Assembly (NCBI GenBank): GCA_002269645.1
Contig: NIVC01003398.1
Span: 35,739 to 99,738, forward strand
DNA: 64,000 nucleotides
Direction: 5' to 3'
Source of the DNA: Macrostomum lignano
Taxonomy: Eukaryota
Of this stretch, positions 50,401 through 62,613 are shown piece by piece; position 1 is the first letter of the stretch; each line of letters opens with the position of its first letter. The notes under the pieces are model-generated. The model searched no databases and was not told where the DNA came from. It was given only the letters and a program-made list of their open reading frames with translations. The translations under genes were made by a program, and so were the position numbers.

Positions 50401-53400
50401 GCCGAGTCAGCCTACAGTTGTCTAAAATGCCAGCTCTGGTTCCGGATCTCATTGCAGATCGGCACAGCGGGATCAGTGGCTGAGTCAGCCTACAGTTGTC
50501 TAAAATGCCAGCTCTGGTTCCGGATCTCATTGCAGATCGGCACAGCGGGATCAGTGGCTGAGTCAGCCTACAGTTGTCTGAAAATGCCAGCTCTGGTTCC
50601 GGATCTCATTGCAGATCGGCACAGCGGGATCAGTGGCCGAGTCAGCCTACAGTTGTCTGAAAATGCCAGCTCTGGTTCCGGATCTCATTGCAGATCGGCA
50701 CAGCGGGATCAGTGGCCGAGTCAGCCTACAGTTGTCTGAAAATGCCAGCTCTGGTTCCGGATCTCATTGCAGATCGGCACAGCGGGATCAGTGGCTGAGT
50801 CAGCCTACAGTTGTCTGAAAATGCCAGCTCTGGTTCCGGATCTCATTGCAGATCGGCACAGCGGGATCAGTGGCCGAGTCAGCCTACAGTTGTCTGAAAA
50901 TGCCAGCTCTGGTTCCGGATCTCATTGCAGATCGGCACAGCGGGATCAGTGGCCGAGTCAGCCTACAGTTGTCTGAAAATGCCAGCTCTGGTTCCGGATC
51001 TCATTGCAGATCGGCACAGCGGGATCAGTGGCCGGAGACAGAGATCAAAAATAGGCTGAAAGAAGGGGAAGCAGTAGCTATCAGGGCAATTGCTGGAGTA
51101 TCTATCTTCTATCTGTCTGTCTAAGTTTTCTCTCAGTTTGGACGGAGTCATGCATTCAGAGAGAAAGAGAAAAATAATATATTTTAGAGACAGTCAAGCC
51201 AGCCACCCAGCCGAGCTTGTCCCCTGCTCTATATATCTAGTCAGCTAGATCTCCACCCAACCTCTCTACGTCCCATCCCATCGGCCGGCCCATTTCGGCC
51301 GCTGCCGCCGCTGCGACCACCGCCGCTCTCAACTGTCACATCGAATGAGGACTTGAGCCCGGCTGATTGGGAAAAAGAGAGAGGGGGTAGGCAGAGGCGG
51401 GCCAAGTGAGAGCTTTCTCTCACTCTCTCACTCACTCGCTCTATCTATATTTTCTCTGACGGAGGTGTTAGGAGATTTTCCCTCCTCCCCCAGCAGAGTG
51501 CAAATATCCTTGGTGGCTCATTACGATTCTTTTGTTTATAGGGGGGATGGGGGGATGGGCGCCCTTCCCGGTTGAAGAAGAAAAGGATAAAAACAACTGA
51601 AAAAAACATGCAACATTGTAGTGTTCTCAAAAAAGTTGCACGCGGAAGCCATAGACGGAGAGGCAAAACTGCTGCAGCCGTAAGAATGTTCTGCTTCTTC
51701 TCAGCGAGGCCTCACTAGCAATATAGACTTCTATTATTGCAGAGAAAAGGCACCGTTAGAAACCTGTTGCCGGCTTAGGCTAAGGCGGGGGTAATGAACA
51801 GGAAAAAAACTGTATTTCAGATGAGGCGGAAGCTTGGCTATAAAGAATTCAACTATGAATAGATGATGATGATGATGATGATGATGAGTAGGCTAGAGTT
51901 CTGCAGCTTGAATAGCCAATCCAGCATATCCTATAGGTGAGACAGCTATATAAGGGAAGAGGCCAAGGGGGGGGGGTAAGTCAACTGTATGATGGGATAA
52001 TGGGATGCGGCTCTCTCCATCCCGATAGACGGGCAAGTGCATATCTCGGCTCCCCTTCTCCCACTCCCAAATCTCTAATCCCGAGAGCGCGCGCCGCTGT
52101 CACTGAGGCTGGGTTGGTTAGGGGTGCATCTGAAGGGCGTCCATCCGCGAGGTGCCTAATTTTCAATAGTCGCCACGAAGTGGGAGACCGCGAGCGAAGA
52201 TAGAGATTAATAGGAGGTGGGGGGAGGCACTAGAGAGCGGGCACACTGCAGTATTTTCCAAGTCAAATAAGCAGCTAGCGTTCAAGATCGAAATCTTCTT
52301 CTGGTAATCAGCATAACTTCAGTTTGGCTGAAATCGATTTTCAACCTTTATGAATATTCCTAGTTTTTATGTGAAACAAAATCGAATATTCAAACAACTT
52401 GAACGGCCACAGCAGTTCAAGGATGCGGAAAATGGTTATTTTTTCTAGTCAGTGAATTTCCCCACCAGATGCTCTGTCTAGAACATCCTGGCCTCTTTCT
52501 GCTCCCTTCATTATTCAACCCCGCCCCCCGCGCAGCAAAAAGGTATACGAGTGTACAGTTAGGTGTTAGGCACGGCAACTCGGCAGCGTGTGCACAGAGC
52601 TACTGTTGCTGACTCATTTGGCAAGTCCTGACTCGCAAAGATGGCACGAAATGAAACGAAACGAAGGAAGCGGAAAAAAGCTTTTGCACTTCAATCAGGC
52701 CGGCTCGATTTGCCAATTATCTCTCCTGCGCCGATAGAGAGGGAGACAGAGAGACAAGCCGCCCCAGCCGCCCCGATTTCCCTTGGATTTGTTCACGCCA
52801 CTCCCCCAGCTGTGCACCCCTCCTCATAGCAACTCTAAAAAACTGTCTCCATATTTCTCTCTCTCTCTCTCTCTCTCGGATTTGCCGCCACCTTGTCAAA
52901 GAAGCGTTTTTTGTAGGATGAAGGTACTTTTTTTCTCTCAGCCACATATTCAGCAAGAGAAAGTGGAAGCGTTGTTGGGAGTTGCGCGCTTCTATAAACC
53001 CTCGGTGACTGACAGCTTCAAGTCTGGCGTGAGGCGGCTAGTTGAGTGGCTAGAATAAATCAAGAGTTTATACTAACTGCCTGCTTTTTGCGCCCTTAAT
53101 TGCAATAAGTAGCAAATGTCTGACACGCGCAGCTGGAGGGACTGCTACTCTAAGAACTTTCGCTTTGAATAGAGCGGGACGACAGCGCTGCATCCGCTAA
53201 ATGCCATTGTTAAGCTTAGCCTACCTAGCTCACTTGGTCGCACTCTTTACCATTGCTTATAACGTAGTTTAAGTGAACTTAAAGTGAATCATCAAAATCG
53301 AGTCTAATTTAAATTTTAATCTACAAACAGTTTAAGAATAGTCTAAACAGTCTTACTGAGCTTCTCTGCCGAACATATTCACTAAAACTCCACTCCTCAG

Positions 53401-55560
53401 CGACCCCACTCCTTAGCCACCCCACTCCTCAGCCACCCCACTCCTTAGCCACCCCACTCCTCAGCCACCCCACTCCTTAGCCACCCCACTCCTCAGCCAC
53501 CCCACTCCTTAGCCACCCCACTCCTTAGCCACCCCACTCCTCAGCCACCCCACTCCTTAGCCACCCCACTCCTCAGCCACCCCACTCCTTAGCCACCCCA
53601 CTCCTCAGCCACCCCACTCCTTAGCCACCCCACTCCTTAGCCACCCCACTCCTCAGCCACCCCACTCCTTAGCCACCCCACTCCTCAGCCACCCCACTCC
53701 TTAGCCACCCCACTCCTTAGCCACCCCACTCCTCAGCCACCCCACTCCTCAGCCACCCCACTCCTCAGTCACCCCACTCCTCAGCCACCCCACTCCTCAG
53801 CCACCCCACTCCTCAGCCACCCCACTCCTCAGCCACCCCACTCCTCAGCCACCCCACTCCTTAGCCACCCCACTCCTCAGCCACCCACTCCTTAGCCACT
53901 CCACTCCTCAGCCACCCCACTCCTTAGCCACCCACTCCTCAACCCACCTCATACCTCCACTCACCTAGCTCCATCACCCACCTCACTCCTCCAGCCACCC
54001 ACTGGTTTACCTACCTCATTTCGGTAGACATCGCACTCCATAAAATACACAAATAAATTTCTAAGAGTCACAGTACAAATATGTAATTATTAGTCATTTC
54101 CATTGATTGTTCTTCAGTTGTCAGTGCTTTATCTAAAAAGCATCTTAAGAGTACAACACAATGCTCCCATGAAACTGTCGCAGCAAATTCAGTCAGTTTG
54201 TACCCTCTCCCTCCAAATAAAAATCTCAAAGCACAGAGCAACAAAACCGGATAGAATGGCGGAGAATCCCAAAACAAGGCCGGTTATCCTCAAGCAACGC
54301 GGCGAGGTCACGCGGGCTATAGGCAAAAATAAAACCTGGGCTAGAAGTGAAACCGAAGTCAGAGGGGGTGTTGTGTTGCTTTTTCAAAATCACGAACCAC
54401 AGAGGAAGGGTAGCGAATGGAATGAATAGCTGAGGACTCAGACTCAGCGGGTGGTATGCTGATTAAGGGGGTGGGGCAGTACAGTAGCCCGAAACAAACG
54501 TGCCGGAGACCCGAGGGGATTGGAGTGGGCTGGTGGCAGAGAGGAACATCAACAAGAGTAAAAAAAAACAGGGAACGCGAGATGGGAAAGTTGCCATTGG
54601 CCTTTGGGTGAGCTTAGGCAGATATTAAAGTTGCAGGCATTGAGTATGACTGAGGCAGCGTTCGTTTCACTTCTGGGAATTTTCTATTGTATTACTATAT
54701 ATTCTAGTTCGAGATGAGGATTGCCAACATTTTCGCTCGACTTGTGGACGATTCAGGTCAGGGTTGAGGGTTGGTGTTTTGGTTAGGGCTCGGTTAGGGT
54801 TAAAGGTTGGTGTTATAGGGCTAGTGTTTTGGTTAGGATTAAGGGTTAGTGTAATATTTTTTAGATCTAGTTGTATAGATAGGGTTAGTGTTTTGGTTAG
54901 GGTTAAGTGTTAGTGTAATAGGGTTAGGGTTTCGGGTAGGGTTAGGTACGTCAGTCAGTTTGTGTTAGTCAGGTATCGTGGACCTATTTCTACCCCAGCT
55001 CAGACCTGCTACCCTATCACAGTGCGGCGAACTAAGAGCTCAGCTTTATTGACTGCGACTGTTTTCTGGGGCAACGCAAGCTGCGCCTATTCAGCTGCGT
55101 ACTAACCAAGACAATATCTGCTTAACTTGCAGCGCTACTCAATAAAATTACCATAATATGCTTTCGTTGCTCTCCAATCAATATACATTATAGCAATATT
55201 TGTAAACACTTTCCACCAGATTAGTCGGCTTAGGCAAATTCAATAATAGCTTTGAAGAGAAGTAGGGAGAGAGCGGATCAATGTTAATGTATTGGCTGTT
55301 CACTGCTTGAAGGGAAAGAAGAGTGTCAAAGACTGGTCCAATTCTCCGCATTGGGGACGCTGATGATTTATTATTATATTAGCTATAGCTGCTCAAACTG
55401 CCCACTCTCTGCTCACACTCTGTACAGCGCTCACTAAGGCCAGGGCAGGGGCTTCCGCCTAGGCAGAGAATTAAGGCAAAATAGGATTTAGCCTGAGTAT
55501 TCAAATTCCATTTTAAAGGCTGACACAAACTGAATCCCTGATTGAAAGGTATATATTTCA

Positions 55561-55599
<39 letters not shown>

Positions 55600-57378
55600 A
55601 TGCGTTGTTCTTCATCACTGGAAGCTTTGTTCTATTAATGGTGCAGATATTTTCAAAATTGAAAATTGTCTTTGTCTTTTTCAGTAGACTATGCCTCTGA
55701 ATGCTTCTTAACCCAAAGCCCTTTGAAAATAACACAAAAAACAACAGCCGAGTTCTAATAGATTTGGTTTTTGCTCGAATATATCAACTTTGTAGGTTAA
55801 AGAAACAGGCAATTTTAGAAAGTTAAAACAATAAAAGTTGCTTTTCGTGTACCGTAGAACACGCTGCTCGTTGTTTTGAGAATAGAGAATAAGACGATCT
55901 TACAAATCAATTTAAAATAAGGTGTGATTTGTTTATTTAGCTTCCACACTAAACAAATGCATTGTGTATGTAATTTTTTCTTTGAACAGATTCTTTTTCC
56001 ATCACTAATGCTAATTTTGATAAGATAAGGAGGGATAGAAAATAAAGGTGGGATAAGCAGTCACGTGATGAAATGCGTACATGGGGTTAGAACCTAGGTA
56101 TGAGAGAGCACAAGGCGAGCCAATCAAAGAGCAGAACAGACCAGCACTGTGAAATAATTGGCAAAACTATTTGTCAATAGTTAAATTAAAAATATATAAT
56201 AACATAAGATATAGTTCACTTGATATTGGTTCTCCCCTGCTGAGTGAAATTAGCTGGCTTGGGAGAGGGGGGTTGTGGCGTGAGGTGGGCCTGTGTCTAG
56301 GGGGTAGGCATTTACTTATTTTCCTGCCCCCATGTACATTAGTCGTGTACATTCTTAAGCGTGTAACAATGTACTTATAGAGTTAGGCTGAACCAGAGTT
56401 GTTGGAACAATGAACTTTCGAACTCTTTTCCAAGAAATGTTTCTCAACTTATGAGCAAACCACTTTCGCGCTCACCTTGAACTTAACCTCGTAGTTCGGA
56501 TCTGGAAGGTTGCACTCGAATACGTGCCAGTTGGCGGCGGCCCCGGCCGCCATAGGGGCGCCCTGTACAGTGCAGATGTAGTCTCCGCGCCTGTCGTACA
56601 CTTCAACATTGCGCGCGGTGGCTACAAGGCGCACAGACCGGATGCTCAGATTGTGATGCGCATCGCAGTGCAGGCGCAGCTCGCAAGCATCTCGTGAAGG
56701 ATTCGTCAACTCCGGATGCTCGAATGGACAGAGGCTGATGTAGCGCTTCGGCGGCTGCGACTGCTGCAGTATAGATTCTGTCTGGTTGCCAGTCTGTGGG
56801 CTGTTGGCATAATTGCCACTTTAATTTTAAAATTAAATAAAGAGGAACATCATATGATCTTTGAAAATATTTAGACAACGTAGTAACTAAGTCGTAGGTT
56901 TAATTACAATTCTGTCATTATTGGAAATTTAAAAAATGATTGTTGAATAAATAAAACATAGACAAAAATATATAATTATATAAACAAATATGCTAACATA
57001 TCTATATTCTATATTCTATATTTAACATTCATATTTAACTTTTTGACCCTGATTTAAAAATTTAGACACACAAAATATCGAGACAGTAAGAACAGATATT
57101 TATCTAGCATTTTATCGTAATGAAAATAAAGTATTTAGACAATTCTTATGTAATTAAAGATTTAAACAGGACTATAAAAGACTTGAAGAAAAGTAAAAAA
57201 AGTCTATTTAAGTGCACATAAAACTAATAAGTAAGAATACAATGCATCAATTAACTTACGTGTCGCTAGAAAGATCTTCGTCACTCTTTTCTGGTAAGCT
57301 TATAACACTTTGAGATATAATGCTGCGCAGTTTTATATTGTCTTGAATCTCCCAACTAATAAAAGCATTGCAGGACAT
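47040..57378 (-). CDS. PAAT: PAAT / C10orf88 (DUF4506-type) homolog, 3 exons, 277 aa
   Basis: Exons 57378-57260, 56818-56476, 47411-47040 join in phase (119+343+372=834 nt). ACELRLHC..SIRSVRLVATARNVEVY..DYICTVQG, KFLSL, LSEVELSSQARSLLNLV and the terminal coiled coil match my recollection of human PAAT (PCFLYLRC..SSARNMEVY..EYCGTSRG; KLLSF; KLSPGAQQLMDMV; MEKKL..IDQRI). Confidence 0.88.
47417..47785. repeat. 42-bp minisatellite abutting the PAAT exon 3 acceptor
   Basis: GGATGCAGRAATAGAAKGGATTGCTAATCTAGCCAACATYGT, ~9 copies. Confidence 0.93.
48601..51033. repeat. 78/79-bp satellite, ~31 units
   Basis: GGATCAGTGGCCGAGTCAGCCTACAGTTGTCT(G)AAAWTGCCAGCTCTGGTTCCGGATCTCATTGCAGATCGGCACAGCG. Confidence 0.98.
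53395..54000. repeat. 16-bp minisatellite (YAGCCACCCCACTCCT)
   Basis: ~35 copies. Confidence 0.95.
54765..54946. repeat. Degenerate TTAGGG-like interstitial tract
   Basis: ggttaggg, gggttagtg and gggttagggt motifs interspersed. Confidence 0.65.
56476..56818 (-). CDS. PAAT: PAAT exon 2 (conserved N-terminal domain)
   Basis: ttaaag acceptor, AAG|gtgagc donor; contains ORF 56449..56709. Confidence 0.9.
57260..57378 (-). CDS. PAAT: PAAT exon 1 (MSCNAFISWEI...LSSD)
   Basis: ATG at 57378, AC|gtaagt donor, phase 2 fits the exon 2 acceptor; SW motif as in human ASSWD. Confidence 0.75.
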
Positions 57379-59279
57379 TGCTTGTGTCTAAACAGTAGAT
57401 AAAGTAAATAGTCGATGCTATCTTGGAAAATTATTGAAATTACTTGGAATTTAAGACCAAAAAACTAAGCCAACAGATTACGAGTATTTTGGGCAGGGGT
57501 CGATTTTTTATAGAATAATTTCCGTCACTTCGGTTGAGAAATTCAGGCTTGAAAAATTAAACCGGTGCTTTTTGTTTGCGCTTTAAGGACTTTAGGGTAT
57601 GAAAGAATTTGTAAATCATTTTTATATTTTAAAAAATACTGCAAATCAATGGCAAGTAAATAACCACTCATTTCGATATCTTACTTATCCTGCGTGATTT
57701 TTTGTTAAAATGCTTGTTAAAAACCCGACAAAATAAACTTGATGAATCCAGTATCAAATATTCAGAATACGTATCTTCCTTTCCACTGTTTAACTCTGTT
57801 ACATTACATTTATTTGCTTATTAACATGTAATTATATACTGTAGTGCCCTTAGCTTGTGTTCACCCAGCATATGTGTTAAGATATTTCATTCTTGCGTTT
57901 TAAATTCTGTACCGTGCAGTATACTGTATTGTTGCAAGATTATGCTGTACCTAAATGCTATTCTGATGCCGGCTTCGGGTTCTCGCGCCGATATTGTACG
58001 GTTTCAACACCGATCATTTAATTGATCCAAAGGACGTGGACTCTGCATGTAACTTAAGAAAGACTCGATCTGCAGTCGCGAATGGTCCAATTTTTTGAAG
58101 GCTGGACTTTAAGTTTATATTATTTCTGAATGGCTTCATGTAAAGGGCTAACTATTTAGTACTTTGTTCAGATTTTCCAAGGACCACTTGCAGACAACCC
58201 CAGTTTTTGGATTTGTCTCATGTATACCCGAAGGCAATTTCGATTGGAAACTTTTAATCCAGGAAATTTTAGTTTTTCTTTTGTGTTGAAAGACTGCAAC
58301 ACAACAAATGTACCCCATCTATTTTTGTGTGTAGATACGAACCGCGAGTGCAGCGTTTTTAATAAACTATATACATGTACTTAGACGTCCTTTGCAGTAT
58401 TGATCTTGGGTATAGCTTGTGCATGGTGTGATGGAGTTGGCCATGGTCCATTCTGCTAAAATAGTGTTTGAGGATACATAATACCAAAAAGATGTGGCTG
58501 CCAATTCCTGATGCACACGTAGACAGCTGAAGTAGGACGCTGCACTCATTTTTCTTCGATATGAGCTGCAAGCTGGTCTAAGGATTGGACTTTTTGTAGT
58601 GCAGCTTATTCTTGACCGCATTTGTCTATAGCCAAACCCCATTCAGCATTATGCCCAATGCACTGGCGATACGACAACTGTGCGTTCCTTACCGGCATCA
58701 GGCTCATTTCTAAGAAAATCCACATGACAAATGGGAATGACTTACGGCGATGGAATTAAAAAAGGGGCACCATGATGGGTGTGAATGATTCTGAACTAAA
58801 ATAGAGAGGTTGCTGTTGGCATACATGTATAAGGAGTAGGGTGGGTGTAAGGAGTGAGTCATCGATGAGTCATCAGGTGGGCTTGTATCTAAATTTCGAG
58901 ACCAAGTACAGTACCATAATGAAACCAAGTGGTCATCATAATTAGCCTACTGATCGGGCCAAACGAAGTCTTTTCCAGTTGACAGTTTTGGGAGCCCTGG
59001 CATCTCGTACACCAACATGTATACATGTAACAAATGGGTATTTGTCTGATCTCAGCAACAGACCCGGCACTGCAGGCTCAACGGCTGGATATTCTGAGAA
59101 GGCGCCAGGCCAGTTGCATCTCTTATCTAGATATGAAGACACGCTATTGAAAGAATGCTTGTCGGCCATAAGCTGCGACAGCTGCCGAAGCGATGAAAGG
59201 TGCCGGACAGAACTAGGCTTGAGGCTGAGACTGTAAATTTGGATGCGCCCGCGCTCTAAGCACTAAAATCCGACCGAAA

Positions 59280-59590
59280 ACTGCCACCGACGTCACCCCG
59301 CCTATCCAACAACTGCTGCCGAATACATTGCGCTCGACACCAGCGTTAATAGCTCTCTCAGCTCCCCTTCCACTGCCGCTACTTGCGAAGCGTGTCAAGC
59401 GAAGCCGCTTGCATTTTGATGATGTTGCTGCAGTCAGCCCCCCCCCCACTCTCTCTCGCTATGCGGCGGCTGGTTTTGAAAAAAAGAACGGGGAATTCCG
59501 GGCGTGCGCGGCGCCGCCGTGTCTGGGAGGAAGCCTTGATAATTTCTCTCGAACGGCGACTGGACAGGAAGTGGGAATCTGCGGCCCAGA
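59280..59590. promoter_or_regulatory. GC-rich promoter-like patch (CRE-like GACGTCA, GC box CCCCGCC, ETS-like CAGGAAGT)
   Basis: Motif cluster ~2 kb upstream of the PAAT ATG; motif presence only. Confidence 0.25.
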
Positions 59591-59934
59591 TGCCCGGGGG
59601 AAATAGAAATAGATGGGGAAGAAGGATGCCCACCCAAGTAGAGAAAATGGAGAGAGAAGGAATTCCTTTTATCCTGCTGGTTGACAAAGTATGCCTATTG
59701 GTGATTGATAAAAGCAGGATTTTGCCGATTTGTATGGATAGATCTTGTTCCTGTCGCATCAACAGGGACAGGGTCTATAGCTTTCGTTGCTTTATTTAAA
59801 TCCGCAAAAATATCGTGTCTGCATCTTTGATTTTATTTAGTATATGGAAGAGCGGCAGTGTTATTGAGGAAACAGAACCGACAGAAACAAGGAAGAGATA
59901 AGGCAGAAATAATATAGAGATTAGAAAACGATAA

Positions 59935-60207
59935 GTGAGAGTTAAAGGAGAGATCAGAGAGGTAAGAGAGAGATTTTATAGAGTGATCAGAGATCAGAGA
60001 TATATATCAGAGACAGACAGACAGAGAGAGAGAGAGAGAGAGAGAAAGAAAGAGAGAGAGATCAGATTAAAAAAGCGAGATGAGAGAGAGATAAGAGAGA
60101 AAGAGAGAGATCAGAGAGAGAGAGAGATCAGAGAGAGATCAGAGAGAGATCAGAGAGAGATCAGAGAGAGATCAGAGAGAGATCAGAAATATATATCAGA
60201 GACAGAC

Positions 60208-60241
<34 letters not shown>

Positions 60242-60560
60242 TCAGATTAAAAAAGCGAGATGAGAGAGAGATAAGAGAGAAAGAGAGAGATCAGAGAGAG
60301 AGAGAGATCAGAGAGAGATCAGAGAGAGATCAGAGGAGAGCTGAGAGATCAGAGAGACATCAGAGAGAGATCAGAGAGCGATCAGAGAGAGATAAGAGAG
60401 AAAGAGAGAGATCAGAGAGAGAGAGAGATCAGAGAGAGATCAGAGAGAGATCAGAGAGAGATCAGAGAGAGATCAGAGAGAGATCAGAGAGATCAGAGAG
60501 AGATCAGAGAGAGATCAGAGAGCGATCAGAGAGAGATCAGAGATAAATGAGAGAGACAGA
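59935..60560. repeat. GA-rich compound repeat (GAGAGATCA) with an internal ~190-bp duplication
   Basis: The atatatatcagagacagac..atcagattaaaaaagcgagatg block occurs at ~60000 and ~60190. Confidence 0.93.
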
Positions 60561-61480
60561 GAGAGAAAAACACCCAGAACAGTGGCAGCCCAGGTCACAG
60601 TTGAGTGCGCCGCAAAATACAAGCACGATCGTAGCACAATGGCTTCGCCAGCCACTTGGCCTGAAAAAAAGTGGCTTTGCCAGATAGAAGAACCGCAGCG
60701 GATCAAAGCTCCTTCAACTGCATAGCCAGCTATTGAAATTAGCAAGTTGTCTAACTGAAGTGGGTTGGCTAAATAGAGATTGAACACTGTATCATACTGC
60801 AGTAGACAATGGCTGCTGAGATAGAAGCCGTATGTTTATTACAGTTGAAAAGATTTTAGCCTAGTGTCGATAGTGTGCCGCATTGTCGCAAGCATACGCT
60901 GCGTTAGCCCAATGCACCTGCGAAGTTAGTTAGCGCCTTATAAGCTTGCTAATTGTGTAACCTCACTGCTGCTGGCCTTACCTGCTCAATAGCTCAACAA
61001 CAGCAACAATCGCTGCAGGCGTGTTGAGTCGCACGTATCTAATTGCTCACTAAATGAAATTCGCCGGCGTGAATAGCGCAGTAAATCACTGCCATCTGAA
61101 TTGCTCGAGAGAAGGCGACAAATTTCTTTTATTATCGGGTGAAAATGCTTTGTCGGCGAGTTCTTCTTCTTAGTTGGCTGCTGCTCTCGCGTCTCTGTGC
61201 AGTTTGGCCTAAGCTGGCTCTCCGCCATGGAGTTCTTAATAGAGCATCTGGACGGGAAAACAAAGTGCAACACCGCTCATTTACTCAGCAACAGTCAAAA
61301 GTTCCACCCTCCAAGTGAGGTGAAAAATTTTTCACTTACGAGTATTGCGACAACTTCTCACTCGCAATTTAAACCTCAAGTTACGCAACTAAGCCGCCGC
61401 GAGAGGGAAATTTAATTAAATTGAATCAATAATAAACGTCAGTAGCACAAAATCATAACAGTTCGTTTTTTATGCTATAT

Positions 61481-61730
61481 TTAGTTAGAATCGCAATAAC
61501 GCGTGTGGGATTCCCTTGCACGCAGAAGAGCGGCGACTCTGCGGTGCATCCCCAGGATGAGGTGGCGCAGAAAATCCTGGAGAAGCTGCTGCCAAGCGTT
61601 TTCAATGGCATGACGCAACTCCGCAACATTCTGTGGTGGATTCTCTTTTCGAATACTGCGTTTTAAGGTCCCAGACATGGTCGATGGATTCAGCATCGGC
61701 TCGGTGAACGGCATCCTGGACCATTAAGCA
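61481..61730 (-). mobile_element. Tc1/mariner transposase C-terminal remnant, frameshifted
   Basis: LNP-(I)DHVWD across a frameshift, then LKRSIRKENPPQNVAELRHAIENAWQQL..LILGMHRRVAALLRAR.SHTRY, the typical Tc1 C-terminus. Confidence 0.82.
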
Positions 61731-62613
61731 GAACCAATTAGCCACCCCCAAGTGGCAATAAGCTTTGCGCGTGCCTTAAGTTGCGTCACTCACAGTAAGT
61801 GAAAAAAAATTCGTTGAAGGGTGGAACTTCTGACTCTTTCTGAGTATAAGTTAAGCAAATTGATCCAGTTAGTACTCGTACGCATTTGACTACGAATTAA
61901 GGTTTAGCAGGTTTAGTGAGTTTCCAATCCAGATAGCGCGTTCAAAAAGTCCATGACAGTGCTTAAACCAAGCTATCTTTCAGATATTTTGTCACCATTG
62001 TTAAAAGTTTTATAATGGACTGCTTGGCACAGGGGTGGGAGGACAAGACGTCTTTTTCTCTCTTACCTTAACCTGACTGCGTCACCCCAAAGTAGGTGCT
62101 AAAATCTTCGAAAACGAACTAACGCTAAATCCCACCCCGTGATCCTCAATTTAGCTTTAGCAGCAATCCCATTGGCTGGCTGGTGAATTCTTTATCCTCC
62201 CGCCAAAGTCTGTTAAGTCGCAGCAGGATTTGGAGACTTCATCTGAGAGAATTTGCTCCTGAACCGGTTCGACCTGATGGAGATTGCAAAGATTCTGGGA
62301 CTACAACGATCAGCCGGCAGCGAAAAGGGTCTGCGGTGGCGGCGGCGGCGGCGGTGCCTCGTCGGTCTGTACTGGCAAAGAGCGCAGCACATCATTATTA
62401 TCATCATCAGCTTCATCTTTGGCAGCAGCAGCAGCATCAGAATCAGACGCACAGCACTGGATCCAATGGCGAACTGCTGCAATGTGAATGAAGTAAAAAC
62501 AAATGCGTAATTGTCACATTATCTACAATAACTCGTATTATTTTCTAGTAAAACTTGACGATTAGAAAGTCAGGGCCGCTGTACACTCAAGCGTACGCCC
62601 AGGGCTTAGCGGA

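Noticed and set aside
49163-50739. 455-511-aa Cys-containing repeat ORFs
   Set aside because: A by-product of the 78-bp unit length; the flanking 79-bp units break the frame
58360-59200. Minus-strand micro-exon-like segments (for example TTTTAG|TTCAGAATC...CGCC|GTAAGT near 58800-58740)
   Set aside because: Implied introns are only 30-36 nt, downstream frames hit stops and no family motif was recognised
59213-61415. Short ORFs on both strands around 59.2-61.4 kb
   Set aside because: No recognisable domain or consistent splice chain; partly GA-repeat derived
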